In this document: positions 42,669-53,880 of the stretch, piece by piece
Position numbering within the stretch: the stretch's first letter is position 1
How the letters are laid out: each line of letters begins with the position of its first letter
DNA from: an archaeon
GTDB lineage: Archaea > AGJL01 > Methanococci > Methanococcales > Methanocaldococcaceae
Reading direction: 5' to 3'
Length of the DNA stretch: 64,000 nucleotides
NCBI GenBank assembly: GCA_024278985.1
Contig: JAJRSC010000005.1
Location: 11,428 to 75,427, forward strand
The notes under the pieces: generated by a model
Told to the model about the DNA's origin: nothing
The model's database searches: none
Seen by the model: the letters and a program-made list of their open reading frames with translations, nothing else
Translations under genes and position numbers: made by a program

Positions 42669-43338
42669 AATATATCCCATTATTAATTAAATCTAATTTT
42701 ATTCCATTGAATTCTTGATAAATATAAATCTTATTTCCCATATCAATTACTTTGCAATTAACTGCATTTGTTTTTTGTTTTAAATAGTTTTCAAGTTTTT
42801 CAGTGTCTATTTTTATATTGTTTAATTTTTTAGATACATAAACAAGATATGTTTTATTTGAATTTAAATCATAGTATATGCCAATTACATAATATTTTTT
42901 ATATATAAGAATGTCTTTATAATTTGATGGAACTGTGTTAATTAAATTATTTATCTCAGCTTTACCTAAATCTAATTTATTTGGATTTTTTATAATAACT
43001 CCATTATAGTATTTAAAACCATTAATTGGAAAATACTTAAACAAAAATCCAAGTGGCATTTTAATGCCAATACTTCCATGAGTTCCTATATAAATACCAT
43101 TAATAGAAATTAGAATTTCCTTATACATCCCTGAAATATTTTGATTTTTGTCTTTAATTATCATAAGTGTCTTATGGTCTATATAGGTAAATTCCTTAAA
43201 TGGAGAATTTTCAACAACCTCCTTAACATTCTTTGCACCTCCCATATGGGTATATAGATAAATCCCAAAAATAGGAATTGGAAGAATATTTATTATTAAA
43301 AATATTAATAGCATTATCTTAATTTTTTTATAACTCAT
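42631..43338 (-). CDS. Hypothetical protein with N-terminal membrane anchor
   Basis: Basic then hydrophobic N-terminus, soluble remainder; 3' end overlaps the hemD start. Confidence 0.65.
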   Translation of the reverse strand: MSYKKIKIMLLIFLIINILPIPIFGIYLYTHMGGAKNVKEVVENSPFKEFTYIDHKTLMIIKDKNQNISGMYKEILISINGIYIGTHGSIGIKMPLGFLFKYFPINGFKYYNGVIIKNPNKLDLGKAEINNLINTVPSNYKDILIYKKYYVIGIYYDLNSNKTYLVYVSKKLNNIKIDTEKLENYLKQKTNAVNCKVIDMGNKIYIYQEFNGIKLDLINNGIYYESYYNKTYRES

Positions 43339-43472
43339 CTTCTCACATGATACTTAGATATTAAATTTATTGTTATAATAATTATAAAAAGAATTTTATT
43401 AGGAGGAAATATTTTCTTAATTTTTTTTCTTAATATAAAAGTAACCAAAAATAATATAAAGTAAAAAACTAA

Positions 43473-43499
43473 GTAATAATTTATTATATATTGGTAATA
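43473..43499 (+). promoter_or_regulatory. Putative NikR-type operator upstream of cbiQO (GTAATA-N15-GTAATA)
   Basis: Same motif and spacing recurs upstream of cbiM/nikM. Confidence 0.4.
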
Positions 43500-43544
43500 T
43501 TTATTCATTAAGTTTAATAGTGCTATATTAATTAATGTGAAATT

Positions 43545-44375
43545 ATGAGTAAGTTATTTGATTAAACTATAAAACACATAATAGAGTTTTTAAATGAAAG
43601 TATTTTTTATGAAAAATATACAAGAGTTCAGGGACTTTTGCAAAATATAGAAAGTAGAATTAAAATTATTTCTTTAGTAATATTACTTATAGGAGCTGTT
43701 ATGTCAAAAAACATTATTACTCTTATTATTTTTAATATCATTGCTTTGTTACTTGCATATTTATCAAATATTCCAATTAAATACTATTTAAAAAGAGTGT
43801 ATATTTTTATCCCTATTTTTGCAGGAATTATTTCTATTCCAGTTATATTTAATTTTGTAACTCCTGGCCATGATATCCTTGTTATTCTTAACAATCCACA
43901 TATATCAATAACTTATGAAGGAGTTATTTATGCCATAACATTTACTTTAAGAGTTGCTACATGTGTATCATATGCAATTTTAATTCCTATGACTACACAA
44001 TGGAATAAAGTAACCTATGCTATTGGTAAATTAGGAGTTCCTGACATTGTCATTACAATAACAAACCTTGCTTATAGATATATATTTTTACTTTTAAATT
44101 TTGTTTTAGATATGATGTCTTCAAGAAAATCAAGGTCTATTCGTAAGTTAGGAATGTTAGAAAGTTGGATTTTAGGAGGAAAGGCAATTGGAGCTCTATT
44201 TATAAAAACTTATGAAATGGGTGAAGATACATACTATGCAATGTTATCAAGAGGTTATACTGGAGAAATAAAATATATCTATAATGAAAAAATCACAATA
44301 AAAGATATTTTATTCCTTATCTTTTCAATAATATTAGTTGTTTTATTGTTATTATTTGATAGAGGGATACTATGA
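43545..44375 (+). CDS. cbiQ: Ni/Co ECF transporter T component; in-frame TAA at codon 7 (43563-43565)
   Basis: MSKLFD*TIKHIIEFLNE... in frame with track ORF 43638; LAYRYIF, SR motifs, AMLSRGY. Confidence 0.85.
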
Positions 44376-45205
44376 AAGAAGTGTATAAGTTAATAGATGT
44401 CTCATACAAATACCCTAATGGAGTTGTAGCATTAGAAAATGTAAATTTAACTATATATAAAAATGAAATTGTAACTATTTTAGGTCCTAATGGTGCAGGA
44501 AAGACAACACTTCTAAAAATTTTAGATGGTCTTATATTTCCAAGCAAAGGAGAGGTTTATTTTGAAGGTAAATTATTAACTGAGAAGTTATTAACAGATA
44601 AAAAATTAATGGCAGATTTTAGAAAAAAGGTTGGATTTGTTTTTCAAAACCCTGATGTTATGTTATTTAATCCAACTGTTTGGGATGAAGTTGCTTATTC
44701 TCCACTACATCTTTATTCTAAAGAAAAGGCACTTGAAGTTACTGATAAAGTATTAAAAGATATGAAAATTTACCATCTAAAAGATAGACATCCATATAAT
44801 TTAAGTGGAGGAGAAAAAAAGAAGGTTTCAATAGCATGTATATTGTCTATTGAACCTGAAGTTATTTTAATGGATGAACCTACAGCATCCTTAGACCCTA
44901 AAAGTAGAAATGAAGTTATTAACCTTATAAAATCATTTAAAGAAAAAGGAAAAACAGTTATTTTAATAACTCATGATGTAAATATTGCTTCTTTAGCTGA
45001 TAGATGTTATGTATTAAATAAAAAAATAATATTTGAAGGAACTCCAAAAGAATTATTTTCATTAGATTTAGATGAGTTAAATCTAGATGTGCCTGATGTA
45101 TCAAAACTATTTATTAAATTAAAAAATATGGGATATAACATAAATGAAATTCCATTAACAGTTGATGAAGCTGTTAATTTACTAACTAAAAAATTTAAAA
45201 TTTAG
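44372..45205 (+). CDS. cbiO: ECF transporter ATPase
   Basis: GPNGAGKTT, FVFQNPD, LSGGEKK, MDEPT, ITHD. Confidence 0.92.
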   Translation: MKEVYKLIDVSYKYPNGVVALENVNLTIYKNEIVTILGPNGAGKTTLLKILDGLIFPSKGEVYFEGKLLTEKLLTDKKLMADFRKKVGFVFQNPDVMLFNPTVWDEVAYSPLHLYSKEKALEVTDKVLKDMKIYHLKDRHPYNLSGGEKKKVSIACILSIEPEVILMDEPTASLDPKSRNEVINLIKSFKEKGKTVILITHDVNIASLADRCYVLNKKIIFEGTPKELFSLDLDELNLDVPDVSKLFIKLKNMGYNINEIPLTVDEAVNLLTKKFKI

Positions 45206-45268
45206 AAATAAAAATTTAAATATATTATTTAAAAAATAAAATTAAAAAAATAAAAAAATATAATATTA

Positions 45269-45610
45269 TTACATAGGTTTTGGATTAACTATTTTAACAA
45301 GTATGTAATAAGCTCCAACACATAATGCAACTCCAACTATTGCAGATATAATATAACCAATTGATGCATGAAGAGGGTCATCCCATCCAGGGATATCATA
45401 GTCTGGAAGAGGTGCATAACTCCAAATATCAGCTAAATGTAGCATTCCACTAACTTTTTGTGCTCCTACTTCTTTAGCAAGTTCTGAAGGGTCCCATTCT
45501 CCCCATGCATCTCCATAGTTCCAAACAAGAAGTATCCCTAAAGGACATAAAATTATCATAGCAACAATTAAATAAACAAATTTTTTAACTAAAGGGTCCT
45601 GCCAGTTCAT
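45269..45610 (-). CDS. PDGLE-family Ni/Co ECF accessory subunit (NikN-like)
   Basis: Two TM helices, AWGEW, APLPDY; overlaps the cbiM stop. Confidence 0.8.
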   Translation of the reverse strand: MNWQDPLVKKFVYLIVAMIILCPLGILLVWNYGDAWGEWDPSELAKEVGAQKVSGMLHLADIWSYAPLPDYDIPGWDDPLHASIGYIISAIVGVALCVGAYYILVKIVNPKPM

Positions 45611-46281
45611 GCAGTCACCCCACTAACATGTTGTTGTTTATCTTCTGATCCAAATAAGTCTGGTCTTACTTTTTTTACATACCAAACGACTACAGCAGTA
45701 ACAACAGCTGCTGCAGGACCTGCAGTTACTAAATGAGCAAACGCCATTGCAGGTACTGAAACGGTAAATGGATATGGACAGTAACCTGGTTCTATAAATG
45801 GTTGTAATCCAAATTCAAATCCTGCACATATAGCCGCTGTAACGATACCAACATAAGCCCCAATACCACTTGCAATAATATCTCCAACATATTTTCTTAA
45901 AAACTTATAAACATAATAACCAACAAATGGTAAAACAACTCCCATATTGAAACAGTTAGCTCCAATACAGGTAATTCCTCCATCTCCAAAGAATATTGCT
46001 TGTATAACTAAAACAATAGATATGGCAATAGTTGCAATCCATGGATTGTCCATTAATATTGCTATTAAAGTTCCACCAACCATATGTGCAGTAGTTCCAT
46101 CTGGAACTGGAAGGTTAAACATCATAACTAAGAAAGCAAATGCTGTTAAAACTCCAAGTAATGGTAATTTTCTTGGATCTAATTTTTTGAGTTCTAATAT
46201 ACTTTTATACCATATTGGTATCATTATTAAATAGAAAAAAGCACAGGTTATAGGCCCAAGATAGCCATCTGGTATGTGCAT
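45607..46281 (-). CDS. cbiM: Ni/Co ECF substrate component CbiM/NikM
   Basis: N-terminal MHIPDGYL, GTTAHMVG, FGDGG..IGANCFNMG. Confidence 0.92.
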   Translation of the reverse strand: MHIPDGYLGPITCAFFYLIMIPIWYKSILELKKLDPRKLPLLGVLTAFAFLVMMFNLPVPDGTTAHMVGGTLIAILMDNPWIATIAISIVLVIQAIFFGDGGITCIGANCFNMGVVLPFVGYYVYKFLRKYVGDIIASGIGAYVGIVTAAICAGFEFGLQPFIEPGYCPYPFTVSVPAMAFAHLVTAGPAAAVVTAVVVWYVKKVRPDLFGSEDKQQHVSGVTA

Positions 46282-46309
46282 TTTTTCACCTCATATAATA
46301 ATTATATAT

Positions 46310-46336
46310 TATTACTAAATAAATTATTTGTATTAC
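46310..46336 (-). promoter_or_regulatory. Putative NikR-type operator upstream of cbiM/nikM (GTAATA-N15-GTAATA on minus strand)
   Basis: TATTAC at 46310-46315 and 46331-46336, ~30 bp upstream of the ATG. Confidence 0.4.
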
Positions 46337-46449
46337 TATATAAGTTTTTTTATAATTATAGTATTAACATATTTTATCTTAAGATTTAAATTTATCTTTA
46401 TATGTGTTCATAATATATTTAATTAATATATATAAAAATAATAAATCTT

Positions 46450-46871
46450 AGGAATTTATAGCTTTTAATAAATAAAAATTAGTTCTATTAAATACTTAGA
46501 TAATATTTATCACGCTAAAAACTTTTTATTTTTAGTTTAGAGGATTTTAATCGGTTATTTTTCGATTTTAAGGATTTTTATCAATTTTCTAAGGGTCGCG
46601 TATTTTAATTATTTTAAATATTTGGATGTAGTGAATTATCGAGATTTTTAAAAGATTTTAGACAATTATTTTAAAATTAAAATTTTCCCAATAAACAAAA
46701 CTTATTTTCAAAATTAAAAAGTTTTTAGATTAAAAAATTAGAAAAGAAAGATAAATTAAAAACTTCAGGAGTTTATAAATAAAAGCTATTGCCTACCCCT
46801 TGACAAATTACATAATAGAAAAAGTTATATATTAGAAGAGATATTATACTAAATACGTAAAATTGCCTCTT
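46450..46871 (+). promoter_or_regulatory. CRISPR leader (AT-rich, non-coding); left boundary approximate
   Basis: ORF-free stretch abutting the first repeat, with AGAAAAAGTTATATA (BRE/TATA-like) at ~46817-46831. Confidence 0.65.
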
Positions 46872-47968
46872 GTTAAAATCAGACCGTTACGGTATGGAAA
46901 CCTGATTACTTTAATTTTTTTAACTTCTTTTTTGTCTTGTTAAAATCAGACCGTTACGGTATGGAAACTTATTGATGAATTTGAATATTTTGATTGATGT
47001 ATTGAGTTAAAATCAGACCGTTACGGTATGGAAACTATCTCTTTATTCTCATGCCTCTATCCCTCCATATTTGTTAAAATCAGACCGTTACGGTATGGAA
47101 ACTTTAAATTTAAGAAAAACCCTGAATTATGGAAAAAAAGTTAAAATCAGACCGTTACGGTATGGAAACAAATCAATTAATATATTTTTCTCACCATCAA
47201 TTTCAGTTAAAATCAGACTGTTACGGTATGGAAACGACAATTAATCCTGAAGCCCCAGTAACAGTAATACTGTTAAAATCAGACCGTTACGGTATGGAAA
47301 CCAATAAAAGATAAGAAAATATCAAAGCCATATTATTAGTTAAAATCAGACCGTTACGGTATGGAAACGCAACTGCTATTAATATCCCTGCTCCAAGCAA
47401 TATTGTTAAAATCAGACCGTTACGGTATGGAAACATCAAAATATTCAAATTCACCAATAATAAAAATCAAAAGTTAAAATCAGACCGTTACGGTATGGAA
47501 ACTTAACAAGTTTTTTAGTTTTTGATATTAAATTATCTGTTAAAATCAGACCGTTACGGTATGGAAACAATATTTTTTTTAGATATATAATATATGATGG
47601 GGTAGTTAAAATCAGACCGTTACGGTATGGAAACATCAAAATATTCAAATTCACCAATAATAAAAATCAAAAGTTAAAATCAGACCGTTACGGTATGGAA
47701 ACATTACATTATCATAATGAGAATATAAAAGAGGTGAGGTTAAAATCAGACCGTTACGGTATGGAAACCAGTTTTTTGTATGTTCTTCATATTGTCTTTC
47801 TTTTAGTTAAAATCAGACCGTTACGGTATGGAAACATAAAATTACAGCATTACAACTCTTGCTGTAATAAAGGTTAAAATCAGACCGTTACGGTATGGAA
47901 ACTTTTTTATTGTTGAGGTTAGCATATCCTCATTTGGCGTTAAAATCAGACCGTTACGGTATGGAAAC
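46872..47968 (+). CRISPR. CRISPR array: 17 repeats of 30 bp (GTTAAAATCAGACCGTTACGGTATGGAAAC), 16 spacers of 36-38 bp; no cas genes in the window
   Basis: Repeats counted directly; repeat 6 (47206) has a C>T variant; internal ACCG/CGGT hairpin and GAAAC 3' end. Confidence 0.98.
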
Positions 47969-48060
47969 AATAAAAAAGCACTACCTACGTGGAATTAAAT
48001 TTTTAAAATCTGAAAGTGTCTAAAAAAATATTATAATTATAAAAAAAGATTATTTTAAAT

Positions 48061-48804
48061 TTATCTAAAAACATCCTCTTCTTTTTTTCTTATTAAGTCT
48101 TTACCACTTCCATTACCAAATGGAACATTTACACCTCTAATTATAACTACTGGAATTCCCTCATTTGCCTCTCCCATAACAGCGTTTGCCATACTTGCAA
48201 GTTCATCAGCAATAGCTACTTCAGTACTTTTTAATTCTCTTCCAAATAAATCCTTTTCTCCCTTTCTATCCCATAATGCCAATATTCCACTAACTCCAAG
48301 AGCTATTCCAACTGCTCCCTTTCTGAATGGTCTTCCAACACTATCAGATATTATAACTCCTATTTTTTTCCCTGTTAATTCCTCTAATCTTTTTCTTAAT
48401 TTTTCAGCAGATAAATCAGGATTTTTTGGAAGTGTTTTTATACCTAAAACATTACTTTCATCTACTCCACTGTTTGCCATAACATAGCCATGTTTTGTTT
48501 CAGTAATTATAAAGTTTTTTCCTATTTTAACAATTTCCCTTGCCTCATCTAATATAACCTGAACTACTTTTTCATCTTTATTTGTTATCTTAGCTAACTC
48601 TTTAGCTTTTTTAGATGGGATTATTTTATTTTTATCAACAATACAGCCCTCAAGTTTTGCTATTAATGTTTCAGCAACTACAACAATATCATAATCTTGA
48701 AGAGGAAATTTAGATATAATCTCAGCTAAATCTACCTTCTCATTACCTTTAAATATTGGGAGTTCTAAACCAAAAATTTCAACTTTCTTTTTTATCTTTA
48801 TCAT
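48061..48804 (-). CDS. cofE: Coenzyme F420-0:L-glutamate ligase
   Basis: ETKHG..MANSGVDESN, DSVGRPFRKG, DLFGREL, ADELAS, GEANEG. Confidence 0.94.
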   Translation of the reverse strand: MIKIKKKVEIFGLELPIFKGNEKVDLAEIISKFPLQDYDIVVVAETLIAKLEGCIVDKNKIIPSKKAKELAKITNKDEKVVQVILDEAREIVKIGKNFIITETKHGYVMANSGVDESNVLGIKTLPKNPDLSAEKLRKRLEELTGKKIGVIISDSVGRPFRKGAVGIALGVSGILALWDRKGEKDLFGRELKSTEVAIADELASMANAVMGEANEGIPVVIIRGVNVPFGNGSGKDLIRKKEEDVFR

Positions 48805-48816
48805 AATATAATTCCT

Positions 48817-49443
<627 letters not shown>

Positions 49444-49484
49444 TTAATAAATTATTTTAAAAAATATATAATTTGGGATATAAT

Positions 49485-50357
49485 ATGTATATTATAGCTA
49501 TATGTGCCTTTATATTATCTGTTTTATTTACCTACTATATTATAAAAAGAAGTAAAAAATTTGGATATGACTTACATAAGAGAGAAAAGATAAAAGTCCC
49601 TGAAATGGGAGGATTGGCAATATTGTTATCATTGTTTTTAACTATTCCATTTATAAATATTAAATTTATTTATTCTATCTTATTATCTGGATTTATTGGA
49701 ATTATGGATGATTTATTTTCTTTATCACCAAAGGAAAAATTTTTATTCTTGTTTATATCTGGATTTTTCACTGGGTTATTGTTTAACAACATTTATTTAG
49801 CTATAATTTTAGGAGTTGGATTTATGATATTTTCTAATTTAACCAACATGTTAGCAGGATTCAATGGGTTGGAGATAGGTTTAGGAGTTTTAGTAGGAAT
49901 ATTTATGTCAATTTTATTTTACTTAGATAATAATATGGTAGGTTTTTATTCAGCCTTAACTTTTTCATTGTCCTATCTTGGATTTCTTATATTTAATAAG
50001 TATCCAGCAAAAATTTTTCCTGGAGATTGTGGGACTCTACCAATAGGAGCATTTTTAAGTTTTTTAGCTATATTTTATAAAGAATATTTATTCTTAATTT
50101 TAATGATTCCCTACTTTTTAGATGCTACATTAAAATTTTTATCTGCTGGAGTAATGAGTAGAGATAAGCATAAACCAACAGTTATAGGAGAAGACGGTAA
50201 ATTATATTACACCTCTGGATATTTATCATTACCAAGATTAATACTAAAGTTTAAACCATTAAAGGAGTATATGTTAGTTTTATACATATGGATTTTTGAA
50301 ATTGTTTGTGGATTATTAGCTATATTTATAAAGGTGAATTTATGGATTATTCAATAA
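49485..50357 (+). CDS. aglH: UDP-GlcNAc:dolichol-phosphate GlcNAc-1-P transferase (MraY/GPT family)
   Basis: GYDLHK..VPEMGG, GIMDD, NMLAGFNGLE, FNKYPAKIFPGDCG. Confidence 0.85.
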   Translation: MYIIAICAFILSVLFTYYIIKRSKKFGYDLHKREKIKVPEMGGLAILLSLFLTIPFINIKFIYSILLSGFIGIMDDLFSLSPKEKFLFLFISGFFTGLLFNNIYLAIILGVGFMIFSNLTNMLAGFNGLEIGLGVLVGIFMSILFYLDNNMVGFYSALTFSLSYLGFLIFNKYPAKIFPGDCGTLPIGAFLSFLAIFYKEYLFLILMIPYFLDATLKFLSAGVMSRDKHKPTVIGEDGKLYYTSGYLSLPRLILKFKPLKEYMLVLYIWIFEIVCGLLAIFIKVNLWIIQ

Positions 50358-50581
50358 TAAAACCAAAAGTTAAAAAAGAGGTTATAAAAATAGATATTGG
50401 TTCTTTAAAAACTAAAAGAAAATTTGCATTTCTCTTAGAAGAGGGAGATATTATATTAGAAAACAGAGAATATTATGCAAATGATGATGTAGAGGTTGTT
50501 ATTAGTTATTCATTAACAGAAAGCAAAAGACCAAAAGAAGAGATAACAATATATAAAATTGAAAAAATTGAGAGGTTTTAA
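50342..50581 (+). CDS. Hypothetical protein (79 aa)
   Basis: GGTGA RBS then ATG 50342; packed between aglH and the next gene. Confidence 0.65.
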   Translation: MDYSIIKPKVKKEVIKIDIGSLKTKRKFAFLLEEGDIILENREYYANDDVEVVISYSLTESKRPKEEITIYKIEKIERF

Positions 50582-50584
50582 ATT

Positions 50585-50860
50585 ATGGATTCTGAAGGAA
50601 AATGTTGCTTAATACACTCTATTGGAGGAATTATATTTGGATACTTTGCTAACTATATTTATACTTTAGGATTAGGTATATTTAGTGGGATAGTAACCTT
50701 AATATATTTATTTATTGGAGCAGTTATTTTTGGGCATATAACTGCCAAGATTTTAGGAGAAAAAAGTTTAGGACAAAAACAATGGTTAGCTTCTGGAGTA
50801 TTTCCCTTTTATTTAGTTTCTATAATTGTATGGATTTTAAAATATAATGGTGTCATCTAA
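50585..50860 (+). CDS. Small 3-TM membrane protein, archaeal EMC6-like (DUF5379)
   Basis: IH..GG...GY; KQWLASGVFPFY..VWIL.YN pattern recalled for this family. Confidence 0.6.
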   Translation: MDSEGKCCLIHSIGGIIFGYFANYIYTLGLGIFSGIVTLIYLFIGAVIFGHITAKILGEKSLGQKQWLASGVFPFYLVSIIVWILKYNGVI

Positions 50861-50915
50861 TCTATATATAAAATTTAATAATATTTAATTAATAAAAAAT
50901 TCTTTTGGTGATAAC

Positions 50916-51908
50916 ATGCATAAGATATGTGTTATTGAGGGTGATGGAATAGGTAAAGAAGTTATTCCTGCAACAATTAAAGTTTTAGAGGCAACAGGAA
51001 TACCTTTTGAATTTGTTTATGCTGAGGCAGGAGATGAGGTATATAAAAGAACAGGAAAAGCTCTTCCAGAGGAAACTATAGAAACAGCTTTAGAGTGTGA
51101 TGCTGTTTTATTTGGGGCTGCTGGGGAAACAGCTGCAGATGTTATTGTTAAATTAAGACATATTTTAGATACCTATGCAAATGTTAGACCAGTAAAGGCA
51201 TATAAAGGAGTTCCTTGTTTAAGGGATGATATAGATTATATTATAGTAAGAGAAAATACAGAAGGGTTATATAAGGGAATAGAAGCAGAAATTGATGAAG
51301 GAATAACAACAGCTACAAGAGTTATAACTGAAAAAGCATATGAAAGAATATTTAAATTTGCCTTTGAATTGGCAAGAGAAAGAAAAAAAGAAGGGAAAGA
51401 AGGAAAAGTTACCTGTGCTCATAAGGCAAATGTCTTAAAAATAACTGATGGATTATTTAAAAGAGTATTTTATAAAGTAGCAGAAAATTATAATGACATT
51501 AAGGCAGAGGATGTATATATTGATGCTATGAATATGTATATAATAACTAAACCTCAAACTTTTGATATTGTTGTTACATCCAATTTATTTGGAGATATTC
51601 TATCTGATGGAGCTGCTGGGACTGTTGGAGGGTTAGGATTGGCTCCTTCTGCAAATATTGGAGATGAACATGGATTATTTGAACCAGTTCATGGTTCTGC
51701 ACCTGACATAGCAGGAAAAGGTATTGCAAATCCAACAGCAACAATTTTATCTGCTGTTTTAATGTTAAAATATCTTGGAGAGGTTGAAACTGCTAAAAGA
51801 ATAGAGAAGGCCTTAGAAGAGGTTTTATCTTTAGGATTAACAACTCCTGATTTAGGAGGAAATTTAAAAACTATGGAAATGGCTGAAGAAATTATAAAAA
51901 GGTTATAA
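50916..51908 (+). CDS. leuB: 3-isopropylmalate/3-methylmalate dehydrogenase
   Basis: EGDGIGKEV, VRENTEG, HKANV, NLFGDILSD, FEPVHGSAPDIAG. Confidence 0.88.
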   Translation: MHKICVIEGDGIGKEVIPATIKVLEATGIPFEFVYAEAGDEVYKRTGKALPEETIETALECDAVLFGAAGETAADVIVKLRHILDTYANVRPVKAYKGVPCLRDDIDYIIVRENTEGLYKGIEAEIDEGITTATRVITEKAYERIFKFAFELARERKKEGKEGKVTCAHKANVLKITDGLFKRVFYKVAENYNDIKAEDVYIDAMNMYIITKPQTFDIVVTSNLFGDILSDGAAGTVGGLGLAPSANIGDEHGLFEPVHGSAPDIAGKGIANPTATILSAVLMLKYLGEVETAKRIEKALEEVLSLGLTTPDLGGNLKTMEMAEEIIKRL

Positions 51909-53117
51909 TTCTTTAAGAATATAAACTCTATCTCCTTCTCTAACTTTTTCATCTATTTTTATTCCAACCTTCTCCCCTTTTCTTGCAACATCTACAAATT
52001 TATGATTAATTTGCATTTCCTTTATTTTCTTTTCAATACATCCAGTTGTCTTTCCTATTATTAATATTGTATCTCCAACTCTAATATCTTTATATAACTC
52101 AACTTCAGCAACTCCAACCTTTTTATAGTAATTAACAACTCTACCAACTTCAACCTTTCTATATTTAGAAGCATTTCCTTCAATATTATATTGAAAATCA
52201 TGTTCTTTATCTTTATCTCTAAAATAAAATCCAGTATCATATTCCCTATTGTATATTTTAGACAACTCTTTTTTAAAGTATGGTAGTTTTTCAAAATAGT
52301 CTCCATTATAATAACTATCTATAGCCTCTCTATAAATTTTAACAACTCTCATAACATAGTCAGCATTTTTAGCCCTTCCCTCTATTTTAAATGAATCAAA
52401 GACATCAATAATTTGGGGGATATGTTCAATCATACATAAATCTTTTAGAGAGAGTAAATATTTACCTTCACAAATTAATTCATAAGTTCCATCAAAATGT
52501 TCATTTATTAGTTTCCATTTTCTTCTACATGGTTGTAAGCATTCTCCACAGTTTGCATGTTTATTAAATAGATATGCACTTAAAAAGCATCTTCCACTTA
52601 TAGCCACACATAGAGCTCCATGGACAAATCCTTCCAATTCTAAATTAATATTTTCTTTTTTAAGATTATCTCTTATAGCTTTAATTTGTCTAAGTGTTAA
52701 TTCTCTACTTAAAATTGCTCTATCTGCAAATTTTGAGTAAAATTTAGCTAAAATAGAGTTAGTTATATTACATTGAACACTTGCATGAACCCTTAAATTA
52801 AATTCTTTTTTAGCTATCTCCATTAAAGAAATATCATTTAAAATAACAGCATCAACATCTAAAGAATTTGCTAAATCTATGATTTTTATAGCTTTATTTA
52901 AGTCATCTTCATAAATAACAGTATTTACACATAAATATACTTTTTTATTTTCATTATGGGCTAATTTAATACCTTCCTTTAGTTCTTCAACTGTAAAATT
53001 TCTTACATTAGCTCTCATACTAAAATCCTTTAATCCACAATAAACAGCATCTGCTCCATACTTAAAAGCTGTTACTAAACAACTAAAATCTTTAGCTGGA
53101 GCTAATAATTCAACCAT
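51903..53117 (-). CDS. Peptidase U32 family protein (Fe-S, tRNA-hydroxylation-type)
   Basis: ELLAPA, GADAVYCG, HASVQ, SREL, HGALC..SGRC...CLQPCR, KIEGR. Confidence 0.88.
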   Translation of the reverse strand: MVELLAPAKDFSCLVTAFKYGADAVYCGLKDFSMRANVRNFTVEELKEGIKLAHNENKKVYLCVNTVIYEDDLNKAIKIIDLANSLDVDAVILNDISLMEIAKKEFNLRVHASVQCNITNSILAKFYSKFADRAILSRELTLRQIKAIRDNLKKENINLELEGFVHGALCVAISGRCFLSAYLFNKHANCGECLQPCRRKWKLINEHFDGTYELICEGKYLLSLKDLCMIEHIPQIIDVFDSFKIEGRAKNADYVMRVVKIYREAIDSYYNGDYFEKLPYFKKELSKIYNREYDTGFYFRDKDKEHDFQYNIEGNASKYRKVEVGRVVNYYKKVGVAEVELYKDIRVGDTILIIGKTTGCIEKKIKEMQINHKFVDVARKGEKVGIKIDEKVREGDRVYILKEL

Positions 53118-53509
53118 ATTAATTACCTATTAGATAACTTTTTAGGATAAATTTAGAATTAGAATAAACATAAATTATAATAAAGAAGCAAATTTATATT
53201 TTTTGATATTAAATATAATGTTAGTAGAGAGCTTTTATAAATTTAAGGTATATTAATTTATATTTTTATTGGGTTCTTTTGTACTATTAGAAAAATATAA
53301 AGGCTGTATTTACAATATTAAATTATAAATCAGTCACTATTTTTATAATTCTAATAGAATAATCCCGTATTTAGTAAATAAAGAATAAACTATTAAAATC
53401 ATGCTGTCAGTAAATTATTATATCAGTTAGGAATTATCTATCCGCATTCCGTAAAATATATATATTACCTTTTGACATAATAAGGAAATAAGTAACCGTA
53501 AACTACTAA

Positions 53510-53869
<360 letters not shown>

Positions 53870-53880
53870 GGTGAGATAAA

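Noticed and set aside
47129-47877. ORFs with repeating LKSDRYGMET / FPYRNGLILT peptides
   Set aside because: Translations of the CRISPR repeats
46902-47938. Self-targeting of CRISPR spacers within the window
   Set aside because: No match noticed by eye; needs a proper alignment to exclude
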